Program-made: the position numbers and the translations under genes | Origin: Candidatus Stahliibacteriota bacterium | GTDB lineage: Bacteria; Hydrothermota; UBA3073; JACQXS01 | Assembly (NCBI GenBank): GCA_016208615.1 | Contig: JACQXS010000003.1 | Span: 5,675 to 69,674 of the forward strand | Reading direction: 5' to 3' | DNA length: 64,000 bases | The notes under the pieces: generated by a model | Seen by the model: only the letters and a program-made list of their open reading frames with translations | Databases searched by the model: none | What the model was told of the DNA's origin: nothing | Part shown: positions 26,997 through 35,981 of the stretch, piece by piece | Layout: each line of letters opens with the position of its first letter | How positions within the stretch are numbered: position 1 is the stretch's first letter

Positions 26997-28331
26997 TTAT
27001 CTCACACCTCCCATTTTTATTATCTTTACTGGCTTATAGCCCTTTAACTTCACAAAATAAATACCTCTTGGTAAATCCTTCCCTATTTTCAATCTGTCAT
27101 TCTGAGCGTTAGCTCTGTCATTCTGAGCGTCAGCGAAGAATCTCTCTTCTTCAACTAACCGACCCATTATATCATAAATCTGTATTCTGTTCTCTGTCCT
27201 CTGTCCTCTGACTTCTGTATATTTAACAAACGGATTAGGAAAAACTTTTAACTCTGAACTCTCAACTCTTGACTCTTTTTCTTCTACTCCGCTTGTAATA
27301 TGACGAAGTATTATGAGTCCATCATAGCTAGCTCCCACATATATCAAGTCTCCTTGTACATAGACATCTAAAGCGTCTCCTCCCGGCGGATTATAACTTG
27401 CAAGCAAAACCGGGATATTTGGATTTGATATATTAACAACTCTCAGCCCTCCTTCAACACGTCCAGTGTCAGCATCTATATACATAGTTGAGAGATATGC
27501 ATAATTATCTACTATATATATTCCCACAGGAGCACCCGGGGTATAGCAGTTACTTAGAATGAAAGGAGAAGATGGATTTGAGACATTAATAATATATAAC
27601 CGACCATCTTCCCAACCTGCATAAACAGAGGGAGCACCTACATACGCAAAAGTATCTCTGACAAAAATATCTGTACCACCATGACCGGAAATTTTACAAA
27701 CACCAACAGGAATTGGAGTAAGAGGGTTTGAGATATCAATTATTCGGACACTATCATAACAAGCGAAATAAGCATAAGAACCCACAACATAAACACCGTA
27801 GGCATACCAGTTAGTGTGATAATTTCCAACACATCTAATAGTATCTGGGTCAGAAACATTTAATATTAACAGCTCACCACTACGAATATAATTAGTATCA
27901 ACACAACAAGATATGAAGGCGAGAGTATCAACAATTTGCACATCTGTTGGTGAATGACCCACGGAAATATCATATCTACCTCTCAAGGTAGGTGCAGTAA
28001 GGTTAGATATATCCACAATTTGCAAACCATTCATATTCTTTTCAATTAAGTATACATAATTACCTAAAATGTATAAACTCGTAACATCGTCTCCTGTTAA
28101 GCAATTATTCACATAATAGGGTATAGCAGGGTTGGAAACGTTCACAATTTGTAAACTGGAATTATCAGCAATATATGCAATAGTATCGACAACTACAACA
28201 TCCATAGCGTACCCGGGTGTATTATAATTCCCAACCCACACAATTGAATCCGCTTGTGCTTGAGATAAAGAAAATATAAGAAACAAAGAAATTAAACTAC
28301 TCAAAACTACCCTTCCTCTAACTTTTCTCAT
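26997..28331 (-). CDS. LVIVD-repeat beta-propeller protein with T9SS-type C-terminal domain
   Basis: Repeats such as IAYIADNSSLQIVNVSNPAIP and GLQIVDISNLTAPTL match the LVIVD repeat. The C-terminus has FPNPF...IYDIMGRLV...GIYFVKL. The CTD is interrupted by repeat-encoded segments (GQRTENRIQ; ADAQNDRANAQNDR). Confidence 0.8.
   Translation of the reverse strand: MRKVRGRVVLSSLISLFLIFSLSQAQADSIVWVGNYNTPGYAMDVVVVDTIAYIADNSSLQIVNVSNPAIPYYVNNCLTGDDVTSLYILGNYVYLIEKNMNGLQIVDISNLTAPTLRGRYDISVGHSPTDVQIVDTLAFISCCVDTNYIRSGELLILNVSDPDTIRCVGNYHTNWYAYGVYVVGSYAYFACYDSVRIIDISNPLTPIPVGVCKISGHGGTDIFVRDTFAYVGAPSVYAGWEDGRLYIINVSNPSSPFILSNCYTPGAPVGIYIVDNYAYLSTMYIDADTGRVEGGLRVVNISNPNIPVLLASYNPPGGDALDVYVQGDLIYVGASYDGLIILRHITSGVEEKESRVESSELKVFPNPFVKYTEVRGQRTENRIQIYDIMGRLVEEERFFADAQNDRANAQNDRLKIGKDLPRGIYFVKLKGYKPVKIIKMGGVR
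27094..27146. repeat. REP-like element copy inside a CDS (CTGTCATTCTGAGCG x2 + GCGAAGAATCTC)
   Basis: ctgtcattctgagcgttagctctgtcattctgagcgtcagcgaagaatctctc. Same family as 12822-12912 and 63508-63682. On the minus strand it reads in frame as FFADAQNDRANAQNDR. Confidence 0.85.
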
Positions 28332-28401
28332 TTCACCTCTTTGTATTTTATACTATATTACATCCAAAACTTAAAAAATCAAGCAAAATATATTTGACAG
28401 A

Positions 28402-29298
28402 ATGAAAAAATGGCATATATTTATCTCTATGGCTTCAACTCTTTTATTTGGCACAGCAGGTATCCCTTTATCAGCTATAGATAGAAGCACAGAGGTCGGG
28501 ATTAAAGAGATTAAAAAACTTGGTCTCGGCTGTATGGAGATAGAATTTGTTAGAGGTGTCTATCTGAGCGAAATTAAGGCACAGGCGGTCAAGAAGGTTG
28601 CGGCAACCGAAGGCATAGCGCTTACAGTTCACGCACCGTATTTTATAAATCTCTCTTCCTCTGAAGCCCATAAAGTAATTGCTTCCAAGCAACGCATTCT
28701 TGCTTCTGCCCGTATAGGTGCAAAAGCAGGTGCAAAATCAGTCACTTTTCATCCCGCATATTATGGTAATAAAAGACCCAAAGAAGTATATAAAGCAGTA
28801 AAAGATAACTTATTAGAGATAACCACAACTTTGCAATCTGAGAATATAGAGATAGATATAAGACCTGAAACCACAGGCAAAGGCACACAATTTGGTACCT
28901 TGGACGAGATTATTTTATTATCCCAAGAAGTGCCAATGGTCAAGCCCTGTGTTGATTTTTCACATGTTTATGCAAGAGGAGTAGGCAATCCGAATTCCTA
29001 TACTGAATTTATGAACCTTTTAGAAAGAATAGAAACTAATCTGGGTCAAGCGGATATAAAAGATATGCATATCCATTTATCCGGTATCCAGTATGGGAAT
29101 AAGGGCGAGTTAAAACATCTTACTATCCAAGATTGCCCAGAGTTTAGGTATAAGGAATTATTACAAGCCCTGTCTGACAAGGAAGTTTGTGGAGTATTGA
29201 TTTGCGAATCCCCTAATCTTGAAGTAGATGCGATTATTTTTAAGCAAATATATTCCGCCATACAAAAGGCGGATGAGCCTCTGGCTCAGAAGAATTAG
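28402..29298 (+). CDS. AP endonuclease family 2 / endonuclease IV-like TIM-barrel protein
   Basis: LFGTAGIP...GLGCMEIEFVRGV...HAPYFINLSS...VTFHPAYY...RPETTGK.TQFG...CVDFSHVYAR...HIHLSGIQYG.KGE..H...ICESPNLE is the Nfo-like (archaeal-type) pattern. Confidence 0.75.
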   Translation: MKKWHIFISMASTLLFGTAGIPLSAIDRSTEVGIKEIKKLGLGCMEIEFVRGVYLSEIKAQAVKKVAATEGIALTVHAPYFINLSSSEAHKVIASKQRILASARIGAKAGAKSVTFHPAYYGNKRPKEVYKAVKDNLLEITTTLQSENIEIDIRPETTGKGTQFGTLDEIILLSQEVPMVKPCVDFSHVYARGVGNPNSYTEFMNLLERIETNLGQADIKDMHIHLSGIQYGNKGELKHLTIQDCPEFRYKELLQALSDKEVCGVLICESPNLEVDAIIFKQIYSAIQKADEPLAQKN

Positions 29299-29941
29299 GA
29301 AACGAATGATATTTTTAATCTTTTTGCTGACCACTAACACGGATAGTCTTGTTAAGTATTATTTAGACATAGGGCAAATTGATATGGCTGAAAAGAGTTG
29401 TAATTTATGTGATACTTTTTTACTTGCCGAGATTGCCTATTTTAATTACAGGTATGGGCAGGCAGTTGAATATTATAACGCCGTAAGCCCTAATTCAAAA
29501 TACTCTAATGACGCACTTTATCGGCTTATGCTGATTAAAAGCAATGAGGAAAAAATACTGCAATCTTATACTACTGCAGAATTATTGTGTAGAAGCAAAG
29601 AATCTGAGCGTGGCATACAAGAGTTGAAAAAACTGATTGCACAAGGAGGTTTAACCTCAGATAGTACTACGAAAAACACTATTACTACTTGGGTCTATCT
29701 ACTACTGATAGAAGTGCTACGAAAATCAAATAACTTTGACGAAGCCATAAAGACAAGCAAAAGTTTTATCTCTCAGTTCCCTGATAATGATAAGCTACCC
29801 CAAGTAAAGTTAAAACTTGGGTCAATCTATGCTACTATGGGAAATAGAGAAAAGGCAAAAGAAATATATAAAGAAATTATACTTCGACATTCTACTTCTT
29901 CCATTGCCCATATAGCACGAGAAGAATTAGATAATTTATGA
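29273..29941 (+). CDS. TPR-like repeat protein with N-terminal membrane/signal segment
   Basis: The hydrophobic segment MIFLIFLLTT is followed by helical repeats (..YRYGQAVEYYNAV..., ..FDEAIKTSKSFISQFPDNDKLPQVKLKLGSIYATMGNREKAKEIYKEII). The start is uncertain (29228, 29273 or 29306). Confidence 0.55.
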   Translation: MSLWLRRIRKRMIFLIFLLTTNTDSLVKYYLDIGQIDMAEKSCNLCDTFLLAEIAYFNYRYGQAVEYYNAVSPNSKYSNDALYRLMLIKSNEEKILQSYTTAELLCRSKESERGIQELKKLIAQGGLTSDSTTKNTITTWVYLLLIEVLRKSNNFDEAIKTSKSFISQFPDNDKLPQVKLKLGSIYATMGNREKAKEIYKEIILRHSTSSIAHIAREELDNL

Positions 29942-29954
29942 CAGGAGAAGAACA

Positions 29955-31820
29955 ATGAGCGGTATTTGTGGATTTTGGAGTTTTAAGAAAGCTTCAAACA
30001 TAAATTGGAATTTATCTATACAGGAGATGATTAAAGTAATTAGCCATCGTGGACAAGATGATGTGGGGACTTATTTTGGCAGTGTCGAGCAAATTGGACT
30101 TGCTATAACTCGTCTATCTATACTTGATTGTCGTAAGGGCTTATATCCACTTCATAATGAAGATAATTCACTCTACTTAATTCTTGATGGCGAGATATAC
30201 AATTTTAAGCCCATAAAGGAGCGATTATTAAAATTGGGACACAAGTTTTATACCGAGACATCAGAGGAGATAATTTTACATCTTTATGAAGAGCAAGGTG
30301 CTTTCCCGCCAAATCCTCCGCCGAAGTGGGGCAAGCGGGATTTCGCAGACTCAACTTTCATAAGCGAACTAAATGGGAATTTTGCTTTCGCTTTATGGGA
30401 TAGTAAAAATAAAACACTCCTGATTGCAAGGGACCGACTGGGTATAAAGCCCTTGTATTATTGGATGGACAAGGATAAACTACTATTCGGGTCTGAGATA
30501 AAAGTATTATTTGTTGATAGTAGTGTACCCAGAGAGCCGAACGATGCTATAATTTATGATTTCCTTGTAACAGGGGTGCACGAGCATACTGAGGATACAT
30601 TTTTTAAGGGTATTAAAAAACTCTCACCCGGCGAATATATGATAATAAGTCAACACGAAACAAAACAAAACAAATATTGGAACTTGGAAAATGTAGCGGA
30701 AGGCTTTAGCCTCCCATTAGAAAATGAGTCAAAAGTAATCTCTAAATTTTCATCTTTATTTGAATCATCCGTTAAAATACGGCTGATGGGAGAAGTAGAG
30801 ATAGGCACACTTTTATCAGGTGGAATGGACTCAAGTTCAGTGGTAGCAATACTTAACAAATTACACTCTACCAATGGATTAAAAGCTTTTTCCAGTTGCC
30901 GCGAAGACATAGCTCTTGATGAAAGAAAATATATTGAACCCCTCGCACGATTATGGGGACTTAATAGTTGCTATAATTTTCCCACAAGCGGCGAGCTTTG
31001 GGCGGGTGTGCGTGACTTTATTTACGCCCAAGAAGAGCCTGTCCGGGGCGCCAGCACATATGACCATTTTTCTGTAATGAAGATGGCGCACGAGCAAGGG
31101 ATAAAAGTATTATTTGATGGTCAAGGGAGTGACGAAACTCTATATGGCTACATAGCATATTTCCCACAATTCTTATGGCAGATTAAATATAATATACCTA
31201 AATTATTCAAAGAACTCATTGCCGGATATGATTTAGTAAATTTTGCTATCAGAGAAAGATTAGTAGGTAAGTTGGAGACACAAAAATTTCTCTCACCCGA
31301 TTTTGCTAATGAGTTTAGGGGTAGAGAGCATCAGATTTGGGATGAGCTTTTTCCTTGCACATTAGCCCAAAAATCATACTACGCTATTACAAAATATAGT
31401 CTGCCATTCCTACTCAAAGAAACTGAACGCAATGCTTCTGCTTTTGGGATAGAAACACGGATACCTTTTATAGATAACGAACTTATAGAATTCTCTTATT
31501 CTCTGCCTTTGCAGTATAAGATTAGAGATGGATGGACCAAATGGATATTAAGGCAGGCGATGCGTTCTTTACTGCCCGATATTGTACTAAAAAGGAGAAG
31601 AAAAGTAGGCTTCGGTACTCCAGAAGCCCGTTGGCTTAAAGAGTTAAGTCCACAAGTAAAAGAGCTATTTGAGTCAAGAGAATTTACTTCCCGTGCCTTT
31701 TGGGATGCAGGGCTTGTAATTAAAAGATTTAATGACTTTTGTGCAGGCAAGATAGTGCAGCCGGATTTATTTTGGCGCCTTATATTTACCGAAATATGGT
31801 TACGAACATTTTTTACTTGA
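29955..31820 (+). CDS. asnB: asparagine synthase (glutamine-hydrolysing)
   Basis: MSGICGFWSF (N-terminal nucleophile Cys), LNGNFAFALWD, RDRLGIKPLYY, LLSGGMDSS (PP-loop). It carries a GC-rich in-frame insert encoding AFPPNPPPKWGKRDFADS. Confidence 0.9.
   Translation: MSGICGFWSFKKASNINWNLSIQEMIKVISHRGQDDVGTYFGSVEQIGLAITRLSILDCRKGLYPLHNEDNSLYLILDGEIYNFKPIKERLLKLGHKFYTETSEEIILHLYEEQGAFPPNPPPKWGKRDFADSTFISELNGNFAFALWDSKNKTLLIARDRLGIKPLYYWMDKDKLLFGSEIKVLFVDSSVPREPNDAIIYDFLVTGVHEHTEDTFFKGIKKLSPGEYMIISQHETKQNKYWNLENVAEGFSLPLENESKVISKFSSLFESSVKIRLMGEVEIGTLLSGGMDSSSVVAILNKLHSTNGLKAFSSCREDIALDERKYIEPLARLWGLNSCYNFPTSGELWAGVRDFIYAQEEPVRGASTYDHFSVMKMAHEQGIKVLFDGQGSDETLYGYIAYFPQFLWQIKYNIPKLFKELIAGYDLVNFAIRERLVGKLETQKFLSPDFANEFRGREHQIWDELFPCTLAQKSYYAITKYSLPFLLKETERNASAFGIETRIPFIDNELIEFSYSLPLQYKIRDGWTKWILRQAMRSLLPDIVLKRRRKVGFGTPEARWLKELSPQVKELFESREFTSRAFWDAGLVIKRFNDFCAGKIVQPDLFWRLIFTEIWLRTFFT
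30302..30344. repeat. 43-bp GC-rich element copy inside asnB
   Basis: tttcccgccaaatcctccgccgaagtggggcaagcgggatttc. Its reverse complement aligns with the intergenic 40433-40474 (caaatcccgctcgccccgctatggcggtggttttggcggggg) at roughly 36/43 positions by hand. Confidence 0.75.
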
Positions 31821-31852
31821 CAAATCTATAATTTTAGCTAAATTAATATAAG

Positions 31853-34800
31853 ATGAGTATGCTTTTGTGTATATTCCAAATTTTATCTGCAACGGAAGTA
31901 AAGCCATATTATGTTACTGAATTTCCTTCAAAGAACGGAGAGCCGGTTGATTATGTAATTATAACTACTGATAAGCTTGCACCGGCATTTGACTCATTTG
32001 TTGATTGGAAGGTAAGGAAGGGCGTAAATTGTGTAGTTCGCACAGTTGAGTGGATAAACAAAAATTATCTCGGTTGCGATACTCCTGATAGGATGCGTAA
32101 CTTTTTGCGTCACGCACACTCGGAATGGTTCACTAAATATGTACTACTTGGGGGTGATGTTTCCGAGGTTCCCATCAGACATATTCGCACTAAAAACCAT
32201 TATCCTAATTATTATGAAATAGCTACTGATATGTATTACAGTTCACTTTCGGGTAGTTGGAATGCCAATGGAAATGAGGGTTGGGGTGAGGTGATAGTTG
32301 ATAGCACTACATACGATAATGATTTATTTGTGGGCAGATTCCCTGGGGTAACCCAAGAGGAAATAGCTACTGTAATTAACAAGACCCATTTATATGAGCG
32401 AGGGTCGCTTGGTTCTACGGAGTATAAGAATAAATTACTTTTTGTTGCCGCTTCCATACATAATGAAACTGCTGATGATATAATTGTGCATTGTAACCAG
32501 ATAGCGAGTAATTTTCCAGATTATTTTGATGTTGATATTTTACACGATACTCTTTCGGATACAATTCCTCTTTTTGATACTCTATTTCCACCCCCTACTC
32601 TTTCAAAACAAGCATTTATGGACTCTTTAAGAAATGGATATGGTTATGTGTATGTAATAATTCACGGTAGTTCAAGTCAGAATTGGGATTCTCCTTGTGC
32701 CATCAATCGTATAGATGCAGATACTTTCTACTCCCCTTGGACTTTTATGTCTGTGGTAAGCTGTTATGGTAATTGGGTTGATGTAGATTGTCTTTCGGAG
32801 CATTTTATGTTAAATCAGCATGGATGGGCTTTTAGCTTTAGGGGCAGCAGTAGAGTGGGATGGGATTCACAGGAATTAGGGTTTAACGACTATTTTTATG
32901 CTAAACTTTTTGCCGATGCTACGGGTGATAGTACTACTGAAATCGGTAAAATAGATATATACGCAAAGTCTATGCTGATTCACTCTTTCTTTTGGTACCA
33001 GGATACTGTACTTGTAGAACGCGATAATAGTGCCAGAGATACTTATTTTTCTTATCTTTTGCTCGGTGACCCCGGGTTACGATTGTGGACTAATATTCCC
33101 AAAACTTTAAGTGTTGAATTCCCTGCTATTTGCGATGTCGGGGTTGGAGCGTTCAAGGTAAAAGTGAAAAGTGGATGTTGCGCGTATCCTATCAAGGGAG
33201 CCAGGGTTTGTGTTTCCAAAAAAGGTGAACTCTATGCGAGGGGCGAGACTGATGCAAATGGGGAAATAACTTTTATCCTCTGTCCCGAGGCCGGTGGATT
33301 ATTGAATATCTGCGTAACAAAGCAAGGATTCCTTCCTTTTGAAGCGAATACTGTTATCAGCCCTACTAAGCCGTATATTAGATATGAGAGCCATTTTGTT
33401 AATGGAATAATAGAGACGGGGAAAGAATTTTTGCTTCAACTTGTAATGGAAAATAATGGTGCTCTCCCGTCAAGTAATACTATGGTTAAACTGATTCCTA
33501 ATTCTGCAAATGTAACCCTGCTTGATAGTATTCAAAATTATGGCTCCATATTCCCATCTATAACTAAAACAAAAACTTACAGAATAAAAATAGATAAAGA
33601 AGAGATGGCTCGTGAGTTATGCTTTTCTATAGTTTCCAACTTTACCGAAGGCAGCACACAAGATACATTTTATTTAAATGTCTATTCTCCACAATTATCT
33701 CATTATACTCATTCTTGCGATAAGAGTAGTCTGGTGCCCAATATCCCTGTTACTCTTTCCTGTAAAATAAAGAATACAGGCAACTTGAAGGCAACAAAAG
33801 TAAAAACTCGCCTTACCTCTTTAACTGCTGATATTTTAGTTGTTGATAGTGTAGCAGATATAGATTCTATCCCTGGCTATACAATTAAAAGCATACCCAA
33901 TTGTTTTGTCATTCTGCCAATCTCCGCTGTTCCAGTACCTTTCTTTGTGATAGAGATTGAAGATAGCATTGCAAGGAAATGGGTAGATACTTTTTTTTTT
34001 TTTTTCCTTTTCCCGCCTAATAGTTTATATACTTTTTCCTCACCTTACACAGTAAGTATTGGATGGCAGCCAATTAATACGGTATACGGATATAATGTCT
34101 ATCGGGCACCGGATTCTGTGTTGCTGAATTCTGATTTAGTTTTGGATAACTCTATATTCGGTGATAATGGGGTATCAAAATTTGGGACCTACACTTATTG
34201 GGTAACAGCTGTGGATAGCAATCTAAACGAGAGTCCGTTTTCGCTCCCCGTAGTAGGGGCGCCAAATCCATTTTTTAAGCCTGGTTGGCCTTGTGCGGCT
34301 AAAAATATACAAGCTTATTTTACTGCTGCTGTTGCAGTCGGGAATATAGATATGTTAACCCCTGAATTAGAAGTTGTATCTAATGGAGATGATGGCATAC
34401 TTTATGCTTGGCATCATAATGGACTCGGAGTCCTTTCTACTGATGGAGTATTTGCAAATAATTTATGGAGTTGTTGGAGTTCACCTGTTATAGCCGATAT
34501 CAATAAAGACGGGTTATTAGAAATAGTTAGGGCACAGTGGTTTGCAGGAGGAGAAAAGTTATTCGTGTTTAGAGGAGATGGCTCTATGCTACCAGGGTTC
34601 CCTGTTACTTTGCAAGGTGATTGGGGGACACTTTCTTCACCCGTAGTACAAGACCTTGATAAAGATGGATTATTGGAAATTATATTACAGGGGCATGCTT
34701 CCAGAAATGTGTATGCATTCAGGGCAGATGGGACGGGATTTTTAAACTCTACGGGGATATTTGCGGTAATGGATAGTACTGTTGCTTCGTTTGGCTCGCC

Positions 34801-35866
34801 AGCAATCGCAGATATTGATAACGATGACACACTGGAAATAATTACTGCTTGTATTGGTAAAGTCTATGCGTGGAAACCAACAGGTAGGTTATTACAAAAT
34901 TGGCCCGTTCAGATTACAGGCGCTCCGTCTTCACCTGTTATTGGAGATATTGACCCGGCATACAGTGGATTAGAAATTGCTATTCACTCTACAGGGATGT
35001 GGACTTATGTATTTCATGCAGATACTACTTTGTTTTGGAAAAAGAAATGCCATAATAGAGGTAAAGCAGATGCAATGTCTTCTCCTTCGCTTGGCGATAT
35101 TAATGGTGATGGATTGTTAGAAGTTGCACTTACAGGAATAGACCGGCTGCACTTATGGAATTATGATGGCTCTTTTGTTAGAAATAATGATAGTGTGCCT
35201 GTTGAAAGTTTATTTATCCCTATGATGACTTCTATAAGCCGAGCTTCCCCTATAATTGGGGATGTAGATGGAGATAATGAGATGGAGATTATAATTGTCT
35301 CTCTTGTCCAAGGCGATATTTATGCAATAGAAAAAGATGGAACTATAACACACGGCTTCCCAATAAAAGCTAATGGAGTAATACAAGGTACTCCTACGCT
35401 TGCAGATATAGATTTAGATGGAAATAATGAACTTATAGTGACTACGGGAGTACCTGATGTTAGGGTATGGGGGGTTTTGGGTAATAAAGTAGAATGGAGT
35501 ACTTTTGCACACGATAACTGGCATACAGGATGTTATGGGTTCGTGCCATATGATACTCTTTACATAACAGAAAAGGAAAAATCAGCTCCAATGTGCTTTA
35601 AATTACTACAAAATACACCTAATCCGTTTAGGCAGTTCACTAATATTAGTTATTCCATACCGACTACGAGCAAAATTGAATTGAAAATTTATGACCTCGC
35701 TGGTAGAATAGTGCGCACACTTGTAGATAAAGAAGTAACAAAGGGAAATTATACTATAATATGGGATGGCAAAGATGATAAAGCCAAAAGAGTAGCAAGA
35801 GGAGTATATTTTTATAGATTAGAAAGTGGTAATTTCCATATCTCACAAAAACTAATCCTGATGTAG
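31853..35866 (+). CDS. giant surface protein: C25 (gingipain-like) peptidase region + FG-GAP/VCBS propeller + T9SS C-terminal domain
   Basis: The N-terminal third resembles peptidase C25 (YVIITTDKLAPAFDSFVDWK..KG...V......I; LLGGDVSEVP). There are at least 6 repeats such as ADINKDGLLEI, QDLDKDGLLEI, GDINGDGLLEV and ADIDLDGNNELI. The C-terminus has PNPF...IIWDGKDDKAKRVARGVYFYRL. Confidence 0.75.
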   Translation: MSMLLCIFQILSATEVKPYYVTEFPSKNGEPVDYVIITTDKLAPAFDSFVDWKVRKGVNCVVRTVEWINKNYLGCDTPDRMRNFLRHAHSEWFTKYVLLGGDVSEVPIRHIRTKNHYPNYYEIATDMYYSSLSGSWNANGNEGWGEVIVDSTTYDNDLFVGRFPGVTQEEIATVINKTHLYERGSLGSTEYKNKLLFVAASIHNETADDIIVHCNQIASNFPDYFDVDILHDTLSDTIPLFDTLFPPPTLSKQAFMDSLRNGYGYVYVIIHGSSSQNWDSPCAINRIDADTFYSPWTFMSVVSCYGNWVDVDCLSEHFMLNQHGWAFSFRGSSRVGWDSQELGFNDYFYAKLFADATGDSTTEIGKIDIYAKSMLIHSFFWYQDTVLVERDNSARDTYFSYLLLGDPGLRLWTNIPKTLSVEFPAICDVGVGAFKVKVKSGCCAYPIKGARVCVSKKGELYARGETDANGEITFILCPEAGGLLNICVTKQGFLPFEANTVISPTKPYIRYESHFVNGIIETGKEFLLQLVMENNGALPSSNTMVKLIPNSANVTLLDSIQNYGSIFPSITKTKTYRIKIDKEEMARELCFSIVSNFTEGSTQDTFYLNVYSPQLSHYTHSCDKSSLVPNIPVTLSCKIKNTGNLKATKVKTRLTSLTADILVVDSVADIDSIPGYTIKSIPNCFVILPISAVPVPFFVIEIEDSIARKWVDTFFFFFLFPPNSLYTFSSPYTVSIGWQPINTVYGYNVYRAPDSVLLNSDLVLDNSIFGDNGVSKFGTYTYWVTAVDSNLNESPFSLPVVGAPNPFFKPGWPCAAKNIQAYFTAAVAVGNIDMLTPELEVVSNGDDGILYAWHHNGLGVLSTDGVFANNLWSCWSSPVIADINKDGLLEIVRAQWFAGGEKLFVFRGDGSMLPGFPVTLQGDWGTLSSPVVQDLDKDGLLEIILQGHASRNVYAFRADGTGFLNSTGIFAVMDSTVASFGSPAIADIDNDDTLEIITACIGKVYAWKPTGRLLQNWPVQITGAPSSPVIGDIDPAYSGLEIAIHSTGMWTYVFHADTTLFWKKKCHNRGKADAMSSPSLGDINGDGLLEVALTGIDRLHLWNYDGSFVRNNDSVPVESLFIPMMTSISRASPIIGDVDGDNEMEIIIVSLVQGDIYAIEKDGTITHGFPIKANGVIQGTPTLADIDLDGNNELIVTTGVPDVRVWGVLGNKVEWSTFAHDNWHTGCYGFVPYDTLYITEKEKSAPMCFKLLQNTPNPFRQFTNISYSIPTTSKIELKIYDLAGRIVRTLVDKEVTKGNYTIIWDGKDDKAKRVARGVYFYRLESGNFHISQKLILM
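33991..34005 (+). repeat. T15 homopolymer inside the CDS
   Basis: Counted directly: 15 consecutive T, encoding TFFFFFLF. In frame as assembled. Confidence 0.95.
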
Positions 35867-35981
35867 CGAACCTGTCCCGACGCAGAATGTGTCGGGAGAA
35901 TGTGTTGAGAGCAGAAATCCCGCTTTGGCGGGGATGTAATAACATCGTCCAATAATTTCCATCAATTTCTATATTTAGCAT

